The notes: generated by a model from the sequence alone, not told the origin. DNA of 62,294 nucleotides from Gammaproteobacteria bacterium (GCA_020354435.1 CP070646.1:3030275-3092568); one strand, 5' to 3'. Positions 52,918 through 62,153 are shown, counted from the stretch's first letter. Numbers and translations are program-made.

Positions 52918-54053
52918 GCCAGGCTCATGTCATGATTCTTGCGGGGGAAGCCTCCGGCGACGCACACGCGGCCGAGCTGGCCGAGCAGCTCAGGCTGTTG
53001 CAGCCGCAAATCAAGCTAACCGGCATGGGCAGCCAGGAAATGCAAAATGCCGGCGTAGAGGTGTTCTTCGATTCCAGGATTATCGCGGTCGTTGGACTAA
53101 TCGAGGTGCTGCGACACTGGGGTGATATTAAAAAGGCGATGGCCATCGTCAAACAGCGCCTGAGGCAAACACGCCCCGACCTGCTGATCCTCGTCGATTA
53201 TCCTGAATTCAACCTGAAGATGGCGCGCTATGCGGGCGAGCTCGGTATCAAGGTGCTGTTTTACATCAGTCCGCAGGTCTGGGCCTGGCGGCCAAAGCGC
53301 ATTCACAAGATTGGAAGCCTGATCGATCATATGGCGGTCATCTTCAAGTTCGAACAGCAGTACTACGAAAATGCCGGTATTCCGGTCAGTTTCGTTGGCC
53401 ATCCGCTGGTCGACAAGGTCAGGGTCGGCGAGCAGCGTGACAACCTGCGTGCCGCTCTCGGCATCGCTTCCACGGAGCGCGTCGTCGGCCTGTTTCCGGG
53501 CAGCCGTCACAGCGAAGTTTCCCGGCTGTTACCGCTGATGTTCGAAACCGCACGGTTGATGCGCGAACGCGATCCTGCAATCAGGTTTCTACTGCTGGTC
53601 GCACCGACCCTCGACTTTGACCATATTTCCCGGCAGTGTGCGGACAAGGGACTCGATATTATCGTTACCAGCGGAGATACCTATGAAACCATTGTTTGCT
53701 GTGACGTGATCGCGACCTGCTCCGGTACCGTCACGCTGGAAATAGGACTCCTCGGCGTGCCCATGTGCATCGTCTACAAGGTATCACCGCTGTCCTACGC
53801 AATCCTGAAACGTTTGGTCACGATTCCGCATATCGGGCTGGCCAACATCGTTGCCGGCGATAGCATAGTGCGCGAATTTCTGCAGTCCGATGCAAATCCC
53901 GAGGCGGTGAGCGCGGAGTTGTTTGAACTGCTCGATAACGCCGAGTATCGTGCGCGGGTTAAAACGGGACTCGAGAACGTGCGCGAAAACCTCGGAGAGG
54001 GTGGCGGCTCACGCAATATGGCACAATTGGTTTTATCCTTGATCGAAAAATAA
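52914..54053 (+). CDS. lpxB: Lipid A disaccharide synthase
   Basis: AGEASGD, VDYPEFN, SPQVWAWR, VGHPL, PGSR and LANIVAG motifs; ATG overlaps the gnnB stop. Confidence 0.96.
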   Translation: MSQAHVMILAGEASGDAHAAELAEQLRLLQPQIKLTGMGSQEMQNAGVEVFFDSRIIAVVGLIEVLRHWGDIKKAMAIVKQRLRQTRPDLLILVDYPEFNLKMARYAGELGIKVLFYISPQVWAWRPKRIHKIGSLIDHMAVIFKFEQQYYENAGIPVSFVGHPLVDKVRVGEQRDNLRAALGIASTERVVGLFPGSRHSEVSRLLPLMFETARLMRERDPAIRFLLLVAPTLDFDHISRQCADKGLDIIVTSGDTYETIVCCDVIATCSGTVTLEIGLLGVPMCIVYKVSPLSYAILKRLVTIPHIGLANIVAGDSIVREFLQSDANPEAVSAELFELLDNAEYRARVKTGLENVRENLGEGGGSRNMAQLVLSLIEK

Positions 54054-54069
54054 CCAGCGGGAGGGCGAG

Positions 54070-55176
54070 ATGACAAATCGAGGACATTCAGAAGGCATAA
54101 CCATGAGCGGTGGCGGCCTCTACTCGCTTGCAACCCTGGGCGCAAAACACGTCATCGACGCTGCCACGCCAATGGTGCTGGATGCCATTGCCAGTATGCC
54201 ACAGGAATCGATCGCCAACGGATTCACGCTGTCCGACATGGGTACCGCCGACGCCGGCACTTCACTGACCATGGTCGGCAGTGTGATCGACGCGATTCGC
54301 CAGCGCGCGCCGCAAGCACCGATCTCGATCGTCTACTCCGACCAGCCGCGTAACGACTTCAACGCGTTAATCGCCAACGTTTACGGACTCGGGCCGTTCG
54401 AGACTTACCTCGACAAGCACGAAAATCTTTTTCCGCTGGTTTCGGGGACAACCTTCTACAAGCAGATATTACCCGCGGGCACTCTCGACGTCGGCTTCTC
54501 GGCAACCGCGATGCACTGGATGAGTCGCAAGGTTTGCAACATCTCGAACCATGTGCAGGCGGTCGGCGCAGAGGGTGAGGAACTGGATAGATTTCGTGCA
54601 CAGGCGCGGCAGGACTGGCGCCAGATCCTGCTGCATCGGGCGGTCGAACTGAAACCCGGCGGCAAGCTGGTACTGATCAACTTCGGCTGCGATGAACAGG
54701 GGCGCTACCTGGGCAACACCGGTGGCGTCAACATGTTCGACACCTTTAACCGGATCTGGCAATCCTTTCTCGAGCAGGGTCGAATCGAGCGACATGAATA
54801 CGAGAACATGACCCTGCCGCAGTACTACAATACCGTCGAGGAGTTCAGTGCCCCGCTCACCGATACCTCAGATGCCGTATACCAGGCTGGTCTGCGCCTG
54901 GAGCATATCGACACGCGCATCGTCAAATGCCCGTTTGCAGAATCCTTTGCAGAACACGGCGACGCGGAGAAATTTGCCGAGGAATACATCCCGACGATAC
55001 GCACCTGGAACGAGAGCATCTATTTCAACGGACTGTCGGAGCAACGCCCGCTCGAGGAACGCCGGGAAATCATCGAAGACTACTACGGAACCTACCGCGA
55101 CCTGGTGCGCGACAATCCCGAAGGCCACGGCATGGACTACGTCCACGCCTACATGGTCATCTCCAAACAGGCGTAA
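54070..55176 (+). CDS. SAM-dependent carboxyl methyltransferase (SABATH / Methyltransf_7 family)
   Basis: SDMGTADAGTS, SDQPRNDFN, GTTFYKQILP and SATAMHWMS correspond to the SABATH motifs DLGCSSG, NDLP.NDFN, GSFY.RLFP and S...HWLS. Confidence 0.85.
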   Translation: MTNRGHSEGITMSGGGLYSLATLGAKHVIDAATPMVLDAIASMPQESIANGFTLSDMGTADAGTSLTMVGSVIDAIRQRAPQAPISIVYSDQPRNDFNALIANVYGLGPFETYLDKHENLFPLVSGTTFYKQILPAGTLDVGFSATAMHWMSRKVCNISNHVQAVGAEGEELDRFRAQARQDWRQILLHRAVELKPGGKLVLINFGCDEQGRYLGNTGGVNMFDTFNRIWQSFLEQGRIERHEYENMTLPQYYNTVEEFSAPLTDTSDAVYQAGLRLEHIDTRIVKCPFAESFAEHGDAEKFAEEYIPTIRTWNESIYFNGLSEQRPLEERREIIEDYYGTYRDLVRDNPEGHGMDYVHAYMVISKQA

Positions 55177-55189
55177 TTTTCCCGCGTCC

Positions 55190-55371
55190 CTTCGAAGGGG
55201 TCAGAGCCCGGTTTCGGAACTTTGATTCGTCGGATTAAACAGCGATAGCGAAACCGGAGTCCGACCCCGGCCTTCCCAAAGTTGGGAAGGTTGGGGTCAG
55301 ACTCCAATTTTCGCGATAATCTGTCCTATAGCCTCGGTAGTACCGAAAATTGGGCTCTGACCCCCTCGAAG
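55190..55371. repeat. Tandem REP-like palindrome doublet (GGGGTCAGA...CTGACCCC)
   Basis: Unit 1 55197-55268, unit 2 55293-55364, spacer hairpin CCTTCCC/GGGAAGG, outer IR CTTCGA/TCGAAG; lies between convergent genes. Confidence 0.85.
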
Positions 55372-55401
55372 AGAGCCGGGATCATCCCAAACCACAGAAG
55401 C

Positions 55402-56439
55402 TCAGGTTTCGACCGGGTAGCCGGCCTTTTCCCAGTCGGGCATGCCGCTGTGGCTGATGCAGGTGATGTGATTGAGGCCCTGGAAGTTGAGATTGGTGGT
55501 AGCCGTCTGCGCACGCCGGCCCGAACGGCAATAAAGGTAAATCTGATCGTATTGACGCAGCTCATCGACATGCCCGCTCTCGGTGCCCATCGGAATATTG
55601 CGACTGCCCGGCACATGACCTTTGGCAAATTCTTCAGGCGACCGGTTATCCATGATCAACGTGTTTGCCGGCAGATCCTGCCAGACTTCGTGCAGGTCAT
55701 TCATATCGAAATCGCGCAACAGGTAGCGGTTGGCGTCAAAATCGATACCAACGCTCATATTGGCCGGCACCGCCTCGTTGATGCGTTTCGGCATATCCAG
55801 GTTCAGATTATTCATCAAATCGATGAATTGCTGGCGCGATCGATGGCCGGCGAGGCGGGGATTCCAGGCTTTTTCCTCGCCGATCGTCGACGAGGTCCGG
55901 CCGTTGTAATCGTGTGCCGGGTAGACAAGGGTGTCGTCGCTAAGCACGAACAGCTTTTGCGTGATGCTGTCGTATAATTGCCCGGGGTCGCCAAACTGGA
56001 AATCGGTGCGCCCGCAACCCCGAATCAACAGGGTATCACCGCTGAACAGCATACCGTCGCAAAAATAGCAGGTACAGCCATTGGTATGGCCCGGCGTCGA
56101 GATCGCGCTAATCTGGTAATGCCCGAGAGGGATGCTGTCACCATCCTTTAGCGATATATCGATCGCCTCGATGCCGGAAGTCTCACCGTATACCAGTTTG
56201 GCACCGGTGCTTTCACGGATCTTGCCGGCCGCGGTGATATGGTCGGCATGGGCGTGGGTTTCGATGGCATAGAGTAATTCCACGCCAAGTTCGTTGATGA
56301 TCTGCATATCGCGATCGTAGGTTTCGAGTACCGAATCGATGATCGCACCCTCGCCGGTGTCGCTATCGATCAACAGATAGGTATAGGTGCAGCTTTCGCG
56401 ATCGAACAGTTGTTTTACCCTCAGATGTGGCGTGGTCAT
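55402..56439 (-). CDS. Persulfide dioxygenase (ETHE1-like MBL) - rhodanese fusion
   Basis: SCTYTYL, ETHAHADH, TPGHT, GCGRTDF and YPAHDY motifs; C-terminal rhodanese YCRSGRR; GGAG RBS before ATG 56439. Confidence 0.9.
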   Translation of the reverse strand: MTTPHLRVKQLFDRESCTYTYLLIDSDTGEGAIIDSVLETYDRDMQIINELGVELLYAIETHAHADHITAAGKIRESTGAKLVYGETSGIEAIDISLKDGDSIPLGHYQISAISTPGHTNGCTCYFCDGMLFSGDTLLIRGCGRTDFQFGDPGQLYDSITQKLFVLSDDTLVYPAHDYNGRTSSTIGEEKAWNPRLAGHRSRQQFIDLMNNLNLDMPKRINEAVPANMSVGIDFDANRYLLRDFDMNDLHEVWQDLPANTLIMDNRSPEEFAKGHVPGSRNIPMGTESGHVDELRQYDQIYLYCRSGRRAQTATTNLNFQGLNHITCISHSGMPDWEKAGYPVET

Positions 56440-56541
56440 CGAGACAGGCTCCAAAAATGACAAATTCAAGTGTAATTTTTACGTTTGACGAAGGCAATCG
56501 TCGGTGGCAATTTGGCGATCTTCGGATATTATCTTTTCGCA

Positions 56542-57156
56542 ATGGATTACGAAACTCTCTTAAACCAGCTCAACCTGCAATCGGAACTCGTTGCGATGGT
56601 AATCGTCGTACTGGCGCTGGCATTGATCGTCTTTGTCAATCGCAAGCGAATTCAAATGCGCTGGGGCGAATGGCGCACCCAGCGATGCCTGAAACGAATC
56701 GGCAGCGAGCAGATTCGCGACCTCGTCTGCGCCGACGGCCTGGATGGTTTCTACCGCATCGACAGGCTAGCACTGACACCTCATGCAATACTGCTGATCA
56801 GTTACAAACCCTATGGCGGCAATATTTATTGCGCCGAACGCATTTCGGAATGGACCCAGGTAATCGGGAAAAAGAGTTACAAGTTCGAAAACCCCCTGTT
56901 CGAGCTGGATAACCAGCTGGCCGCCCTCAGGCTGTTAATCGGCAGTGCGCCGCTCGAGGGATACCTGTTTTTTAACCGCAGCGCATTGTTTCCCAAGGGG
57001 CACCCCGATTCGGTGCTGAATCCGGATAACATTCCGCAACAATTCATCAGCAAAAATCGCGAACCGCCCAAACCTGAAATCCAGGCTGCCTGGGATATTC
57101 TCAAATCACAGAAAAGTAACGCCTCGACCGCGGGGCAGATCGGCGTTAAAACTTGA
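56542..57156 (+). CDS. Membrane-anchored NERD (nuclease-related domain) protein
   Basis: N-terminal TM; ID.L...IS-YK.Y.G.I....WTQ...K.F.NP pattern; start re-assigned to ATG 56542. Confidence 0.75.
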   Translation: MDYETLLNQLNLQSELVAMVIVVLALALIVFVNRKRIQMRWGEWRTQRCLKRIGSEQIRDLVCADGLDGFYRIDRLALTPHAILLISYKPYGGNIYCAERISEWTQVIGKKSYKFENPLFELDNQLAALRLLIGSAPLEGYLFFNRSALFPKGHPDSVLNPDNIPQQFISKNREPPKPEIQAAWDILKSQKSNASTAGQIGVKT

Positions 57157-57271
57157 AAAGTTAGGGTAGAAAGACCAGAATGGCATCCTTGTAAGAAGGG
57201 GTCCGCATGCTAGTCCCCCGACCACTATAAAAATTATCAGGCAATATCCATAATAACGGAGAGAATCAGCA

Positions 57272-58363
57272 ATGAAACGTCGTGATGTACTCAAAGGTGG
57301 CGTCGCCGCCGCACTCGCAACCGGAGCAGGCGCAGTATCGGCACCCGCTATCGCGCAGGGCCGTCAAGAAATTACCATGGTATCAACCTGGCCGCGAGAC
57401 TTTCCGGGCCTCGGCACCGGCGCCCAGCGCTTTGCCGAGCGCCTCACCGCCATGACCGATGGTCGTATCAAGGTTAATTATTTTGCCGCCGGCGAACGCG
57501 TCAAGGCGTTCGACTCATTCGACGAGGTCGCCTCCGGTAACGCACAAATGTACCACGCCGCCGATTACTACTGGAAAGGCAAGCATCCCGGCTGGGCCTA
57601 TTTCACGGGGGTTCCTTTCGGCATGACCTACACCGAGGTCAACGCCTGGACTCAGTTCGGCGGTGGACAGGAGCTTTGGGATGAACTGGCTGCTGGTTAC
57701 GGCCTCAAATGTATCCCCTGCGGTAACACCGGCGTCCAGATGGGTGGCTGGTTCCGCAAGGAAATGCGTTCGGCCGCCGATTTCAAAGGCCTGAAAATGC
57801 GCATCCCGGGTCTCGGTGGTGACGTAATCGCCAAGCTCGGTGCCTCCTCGGTAACCCTGCCTGGCGGACAAATCTACGAAAACCTGGTATCCGGCGCTAT
57901 CGATGCAACCGAGTGGGTCGGTCCGTGGAACGACAGCTTCCTGAAATTCTACGAAGCAGCCAAGTTCTACTACTACCCGGGTATGCACGAGCCGGGCTCG
58001 ATGCTGGCCCTGGGCATGAACAAGAAGTGGTGGGATAGCCAGAGCAAGTCCGACCAGGCCATTATCATGGCAGCCGCCGAAACCGAAAACTCGATCATGA
58101 TGTCGGAGTACAACGCCAAGAACGGTGCAGCGCTGCAAAGCCTGCTGTCGGATCAGGGCGTCAAGCTGCGCCAGTTCAGTGACGACACCTACGATGCGTT
58201 CGGTGACGCCGCGGCAGAAGTGTTCGAGGAAGTTCGCCAGCACAGCCCGCTGGCCAAGAAAATCCACGACAGCTTCAAGTCATCGCGTGACGAAGTTGGC
58301 GCCTGGGTCAAGATATCCGACCAGGCTTACGTGGCGCAACGCAACCGCGTACTGGGGCTTTAA
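57272..58363 (+). CDS. dctP: TRAP transporter solute-binding protein (TakP-like, Tat signal)
   Basis: KRRDVL Tat motif, STWPRDFPG, GNTGVQMGGWF, KMRIPGLGG and EWVGP motifs. Confidence 0.92.
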   Translation: MKRRDVLKGGVAAALATGAGAVSAPAIAQGRQEITMVSTWPRDFPGLGTGAQRFAERLTAMTDGRIKVNYFAAGERVKAFDSFDEVASGNAQMYHAADYYWKGKHPGWAYFTGVPFGMTYTEVNAWTQFGGGQELWDELAAGYGLKCIPCGNTGVQMGGWFRKEMRSAADFKGLKMRIPGLGGDVIAKLGASSVTLPGGQIYENLVSGAIDATEWVGPWNDSFLKFYEAAKFYYYPGMHEPGSMLALGMNKKWWDSQSKSDQAIIMAAAETENSIMMSEYNAKNGAALQSLLSDQGVKLRQFSDDTYDAFGDAAAEVFEEVRQHSPLAKKIHDSFKSSRDEVGAWVKISDQAYVAQRNRVLGL

Positions 58364-58384
58364 TACCCGCGTCGTAACCCAGGG

Positions 58385-58414
58385 AAAACGGAGTCTTCGG
58401 ACTCCGTTTTCTTT
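58385..58414 (+). terminator. Intra-operon terminator/stabilising hairpin between dctP and dctQ
   Basis: AAAACGGAGTC-ttcg-GACTCCGTTTT-CTTT with a cUUCGg tetraloop. Confidence 0.85.
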
Positions 58415-58435
58415 CGTCCGTGTCATGTCTAGCCG

Positions 58436-59482
58436 ATGATGAAGAATAATCTGCCACTGCTAACGCGTGCATTTTCCTACGCGATGGTGAGCGCGGTATT
58501 TCTTTATTTACTGAACAATTATCTGGTCTACTGGCAGGGCATGCCCGGAACCTACGGACTGTCGTTGCATTACGGCTGGTTCGGACTCGAAGTCGATGAA
58601 CTGGCCGAGGGCAAGGTCGGCCAGGCCTGGTTCCAGCTAATATTTTATCTGCTGGTCATTTTCGCCAGCATCGGTTACGTAATCAAAACCCCGATGCGAA
58701 AGCTCGAGGACGACAGCGTCCGCTTCGCCCGGGTATCCGCCTATATCGTCCGCCTGTCTTTCTGGTCGGTGCTGCTGATCGGTATCGTCGATATGCTGAT
58801 TTCGTTACTGCGGATCGAAAACCTGCTCGAACACATAATCGGCGAATGGCTTACACAACAGCTGGGGCGTTCTATATTTCGCGGCACCTGGGTGCACTAC
58901 CCGTTAGTCGGCATCTCCATGATCATCGCCGCCAGGTGGCGCGATATCAGTTTTACCTGGCTTGCGCTGATGTGCGTGCTGGCCGAATTCCTGATCGTGG
59001 TTTCGCGTTTCGTATTTTCCTACGAACAGGCCTACATGGGTGACCTGGTGCGTTTCTGGTACGCGGCGTTATTCCTGTTTGCCAGCGCGCATACGCTGGT
59101 CGAGGAAGGCCACGTGCGCGTCGACGTACTCTATACCGGGTTCAGGCGACGCAAGAAGGCCCTGTACGATTCAATCGGCTGCCTGATCCTGGGCATACCT
59201 ATTTGCTGGGTCATCCTGATGCAGGGCATGGGCGGACGCGGCAACAGCATCAACAGCCCGCTGCTCTCCTTCGAGGTATCGCAAAGCGGCTACGGTATGT
59301 ACGTCAAGTACATCATGGCGGCTTTTCTGATCGTGTTCGCGGTGACGATGATAGTCCAGTTCGTCAGCTACCTGCTGTACAACGTCGGTCAGCTGATCGA
59401 CCACGGCGAGCACGAGGAGCGCTTGACTTATCACCAGCTGATCTCGGGTGATAAAACCGTGGCCCCGGGGGGCGGCCACTAG
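58436..59482 (+). CDS. dctQ: TRAP small permease DctQ with N-terminal membrane extension
   Basis: C-terminal half has the HVRVD DctQ motif; 348 aa with about 4 extra hydrophobic segments in front. Confidence 0.85.
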   Translation: MMKNNLPLLTRAFSYAMVSAVFLYLLNNYLVYWQGMPGTYGLSLHYGWFGLEVDELAEGKVGQAWFQLIFYLLVIFASIGYVIKTPMRKLEDDSVRFARVSAYIVRLSFWSVLLIGIVDMLISLLRIENLLEHIIGEWLTQQLGRSIFRGTWVHYPLVGISMIIAARWRDISFTWLALMCVLAEFLIVVSRFVFSYEQAYMGDLVRFWYAALFLFASAHTLVEEGHVRVDVLYTGFRRRKKALYDSIGCLILGIPICWVILMQGMGGRGNSINSPLLSFEVSQSGYGMYVKYIMAAFLIVFAVTMIVQFVSYLLYNVGQLIDHGEHEERLTYHQLISGDKTVAPGGGH

Positions 59483-59483
59483 C

Positions 59484-62147
59484 ATGGAATTATATTTTCT
59501 CGTCCTGCTGATCGCGCTGATGGTGTTCGCCCTGACGGCGGGCTTCCCGGTCGCGTTCGCGCTGCCGGGATCGGCGGTACTGGCGATCGCGATCGCCGCC
59601 CTCTGCGGCTGGCTGTTCGAAGGTAATCCGGACGCCTATTTCGCGCTCGGCGGCCCCAACCAGTGGCTTAGCGCCGGGGTCACTAACTACCGAAGTCTCT
59701 ACTGGGTGGCGGAACGCGACACCCTGATCGCGATACCGCTGTTCATTTTCATGGGCATCATGCTGCAGCGCTCGCGCATCGCCGAAGACCTGCTGGTGGC
59801 GATGGCGCAGTTGTTCGGACCGATTCCCGGAGGCCTCGGCATTTCAGTGGTTTTCGTCGGCGCCTTACTCGCCGCGACCACCGGCATTGTCGGCGCCACG
59901 GTCATCGCGATGGGCCTGATCTCGCTGCCGGCGATGCTGCGCAATAATTATTCGAAGTCGCTCGCCTGCGGCACGATTTGCGCGTCGGGCACGCTGGGGC
60001 AAATCATTCCGCCGTCGATCGTGCTGATTATCCTCGCCGACCAGTTATCCAACGCAGCCGACCAGGCCGCGACCACGCGTAAGGCCGAATACAAAGAGGC
60101 TACCGGCGAGTTCTCCATGCCGGGCGATTTCGACGTGGTTACCGCGAGCGCCGGCGACATGTTCATGGGCGCCTTCATACCAGGCCTTATCCTGGTCGGC
60201 ATCTATATGCTCTACATCCTGATTTCTGCCCTGATCAAGCCGGCTAATGCGCCGCCGGTACCGTTCGAGGGCGAATACGACCGCAAGTTCGTGCTGCGGG
60301 TACTGCTCGCGCTGGTGCCGCCGTTAACGCTGATATTCATCGTGCTCGGCTCGATCATCCTCGGTGTCGCCACGGTAAACCAGGCCGGCGCTATCGGTGC
60401 CATCGGCGCGATGATCATGGGCAGTTACCGCCTGATGGAAGGCAAAAAACGCGCCTACTACCCCGCCATTCTGACGATTGGTTCGGTCGTCGCCATTGTC
60501 ATATTGCTGAGTCTTTTTGACCTGAATATCAAAAACATCAAAAGCGGCTACGACGCGTTCGGCATCGGCCTCGCCTGCATCGCTACAGCGGTGCTGGTTT
60601 ATGCGATCTCGTGGGCCGCGTGGCGCGCCTACAAGATCGACAATACGCTGCACAGCGTTATGATGGATACCGCCAAAACCACGTCGATGGTATTCATCAT
60701 CCTGCTCGGCGCGGCGATGCTGACGTCGGCGTTTCGCGGTTTCGGCGGAGAAGAACTGGTCAAGGAGCACCTGACCGCCCTGCCCGGCGGTTTCTGGACC
60801 CAGTTCATCGTCGTCATGGCGGTTATCTTTTTTCTCGGATTTTTTCTCGACTTTCTCGAGATAGCCGTGGTCGTGGTGCCGATCGTGGCGCCGATTCTGC
60901 TGGCCGACCCGAGCGCCAACGTCAGCGCGGTCTGGTTCGGCGTCATGGTTGGCCTCAACATCCAGACATCGTTTCTAACACCACCGTTCGGCTTTTCTTT
61001 ATTCTATTTACGCGGGGTTGCGCCCAAGGATGTGCGAACGCTACAGATCTACAAGGGAGCAGCCGCGTTTATCGTTCTGCAGCTCCTCGGACTGGCCATT
61101 GCCGGCGCATTTCCGAGCCTGGTCAATTACCTGCCGAACAAAACCCATTTGGTCTCCGAAACCGCGCCGCCGCCGAGCAACCCGAAGCTGCAGGAATGCC
61201 TGGAGGAATACCAGTTCGTCGTTTACGATCGGGACAAGGAGGTAATCCAGGCGGCAGTCGAACGTATTCAGACGGCAAACATCGCCTACTTGCCCGACGA
61301 ATACCAGGAACGCCTGAACCAAAGCTACAAACAGGCTGGCGCAACCTTTGCACTAATCGAAGACGTTCGCTCCGCGGAAATAAAGCTCGACAACTACTCG
61401 CAGGATTATCGCCCGCTGCACATCAAGGTGCGCCAGATACAAAAAGACGTTCGCAGGCTGGAAAAGGATATCGAGGAACTCGACGAAGAACGTCAGCGGG
61501 TAAGATTCGAGGAACCTGTCGATCAAAGCAGGCTCGATCGGATCCAGGCAAGAATCAGCGGCCTCGAAACCGAGCGGGATGCGCTGGCGGCGACCGTCCC
61601 GGAAAACTGGAAGGACGCGCGTGCCGAGTTCGAGCAGCTGGCCAAAGCCGAGACTACCGCGCGACGTAAATATCGCCAGAACGTCGACGAAAGCTATGAC
61701 ATGATCAGGACCATGCGCAAGATGATTGCCGAATCCGATGCACTCGCTGCGCTGCAGGAGCGTTACGACCCGTTAATCGAGCTGATCCGCAAGAAAACTG
61801 CAAAGGAAAGTACCGAGGCTATCAAGGCACTCGAGTCAGAACTCGACGCGTTAACCGAGACACACCGTATCAAGTCGAAGCTGTCGCGCGCCAGGCGCGC
61901 CCTGCGTGGCGATAATCCCGACCAGCAAAAGGCGATCGAGGAGGTCATGCAAAGTGCGGAAATCCTGCAAAACGAGATCGTCTGGCACCAGCGTGCCGCC
62001 GACGATCTGCGCGCCGATCTCGACGAGTACCACGAGGCGGTCAAGCTGACCATCGGCATGCGCATGCAGGAGCGCCTGACCGGCGATCAGGCCGAGGCCA
62101 TCGCCGAATGCAAGTCAGTGCATAAAGATCTGACCCTGTTCTTCTAG
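59484..62147 (+). CDS. dctM: TRAP large permease DctM with ~336-aa soluble C-terminal extension
   Basis: LIAIPLFIFMG, ASGTLGQIIPPS and LTPPFGFSLFYL motifs; the DctM core ends at about aa 551 of 887. Confidence 0.92.
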   Translation: MELYFLVLLIALMVFALTAGFPVAFALPGSAVLAIAIAALCGWLFEGNPDAYFALGGPNQWLSAGVTNYRSLYWVAERDTLIAIPLFIFMGIMLQRSRIAEDLLVAMAQLFGPIPGGLGISVVFVGALLAATTGIVGATVIAMGLISLPAMLRNNYSKSLACGTICASGTLGQIIPPSIVLIILADQLSNAADQAATTRKAEYKEATGEFSMPGDFDVVTASAGDMFMGAFIPGLILVGIYMLYILISALIKPANAPPVPFEGEYDRKFVLRVLLALVPPLTLIFIVLGSIILGVATVNQAGAIGAIGAMIMGSYRLMEGKKRAYYPAILTIGSVVAIVILLSLFDLNIKNIKSGYDAFGIGLACIATAVLVYAISWAAWRAYKIDNTLHSVMMDTAKTTSMVFIILLGAAMLTSAFRGFGGEELVKEHLTALPGGFWTQFIVVMAVIFFLGFFLDFLEIAVVVVPIVAPILLADPSANVSAVWFGVMVGLNIQTSFLTPPFGFSLFYLRGVAPKDVRTLQIYKGAAAFIVLQLLGLAIAGAFPSLVNYLPNKTHLVSETAPPPSNPKLQECLEEYQFVVYDRDKEVIQAAVERIQTANIAYLPDEYQERLNQSYKQAGATFALIEDVRSAEIKLDNYSQDYRPLHIKVRQIQKDVRRLEKDIEELDEERQRVRFEEPVDQSRLDRIQARISGLETERDALAATVPENWKDARAEFEQLAKAETTARRKYRQNVDESYDMIRTMRKMIAESDALAALQERYDPLIELIRKKTAKESTEAIKALESELDALTETHRIKSKLSRARRALRGDNPDQQKAIEEVMQSAEILQNEIVWHQRAADDLRADLDEYHEAVKLTIGMRMQERLTGDQAEAIAECKSVHKDLTLFF

Positions 62148-62153
62148 CGCCTG

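Noticed and set aside
57180-57200. sigma54 promoter upstream of dctP (TGGCAT...)
   Set aside because: The required GC at -12 is absent.
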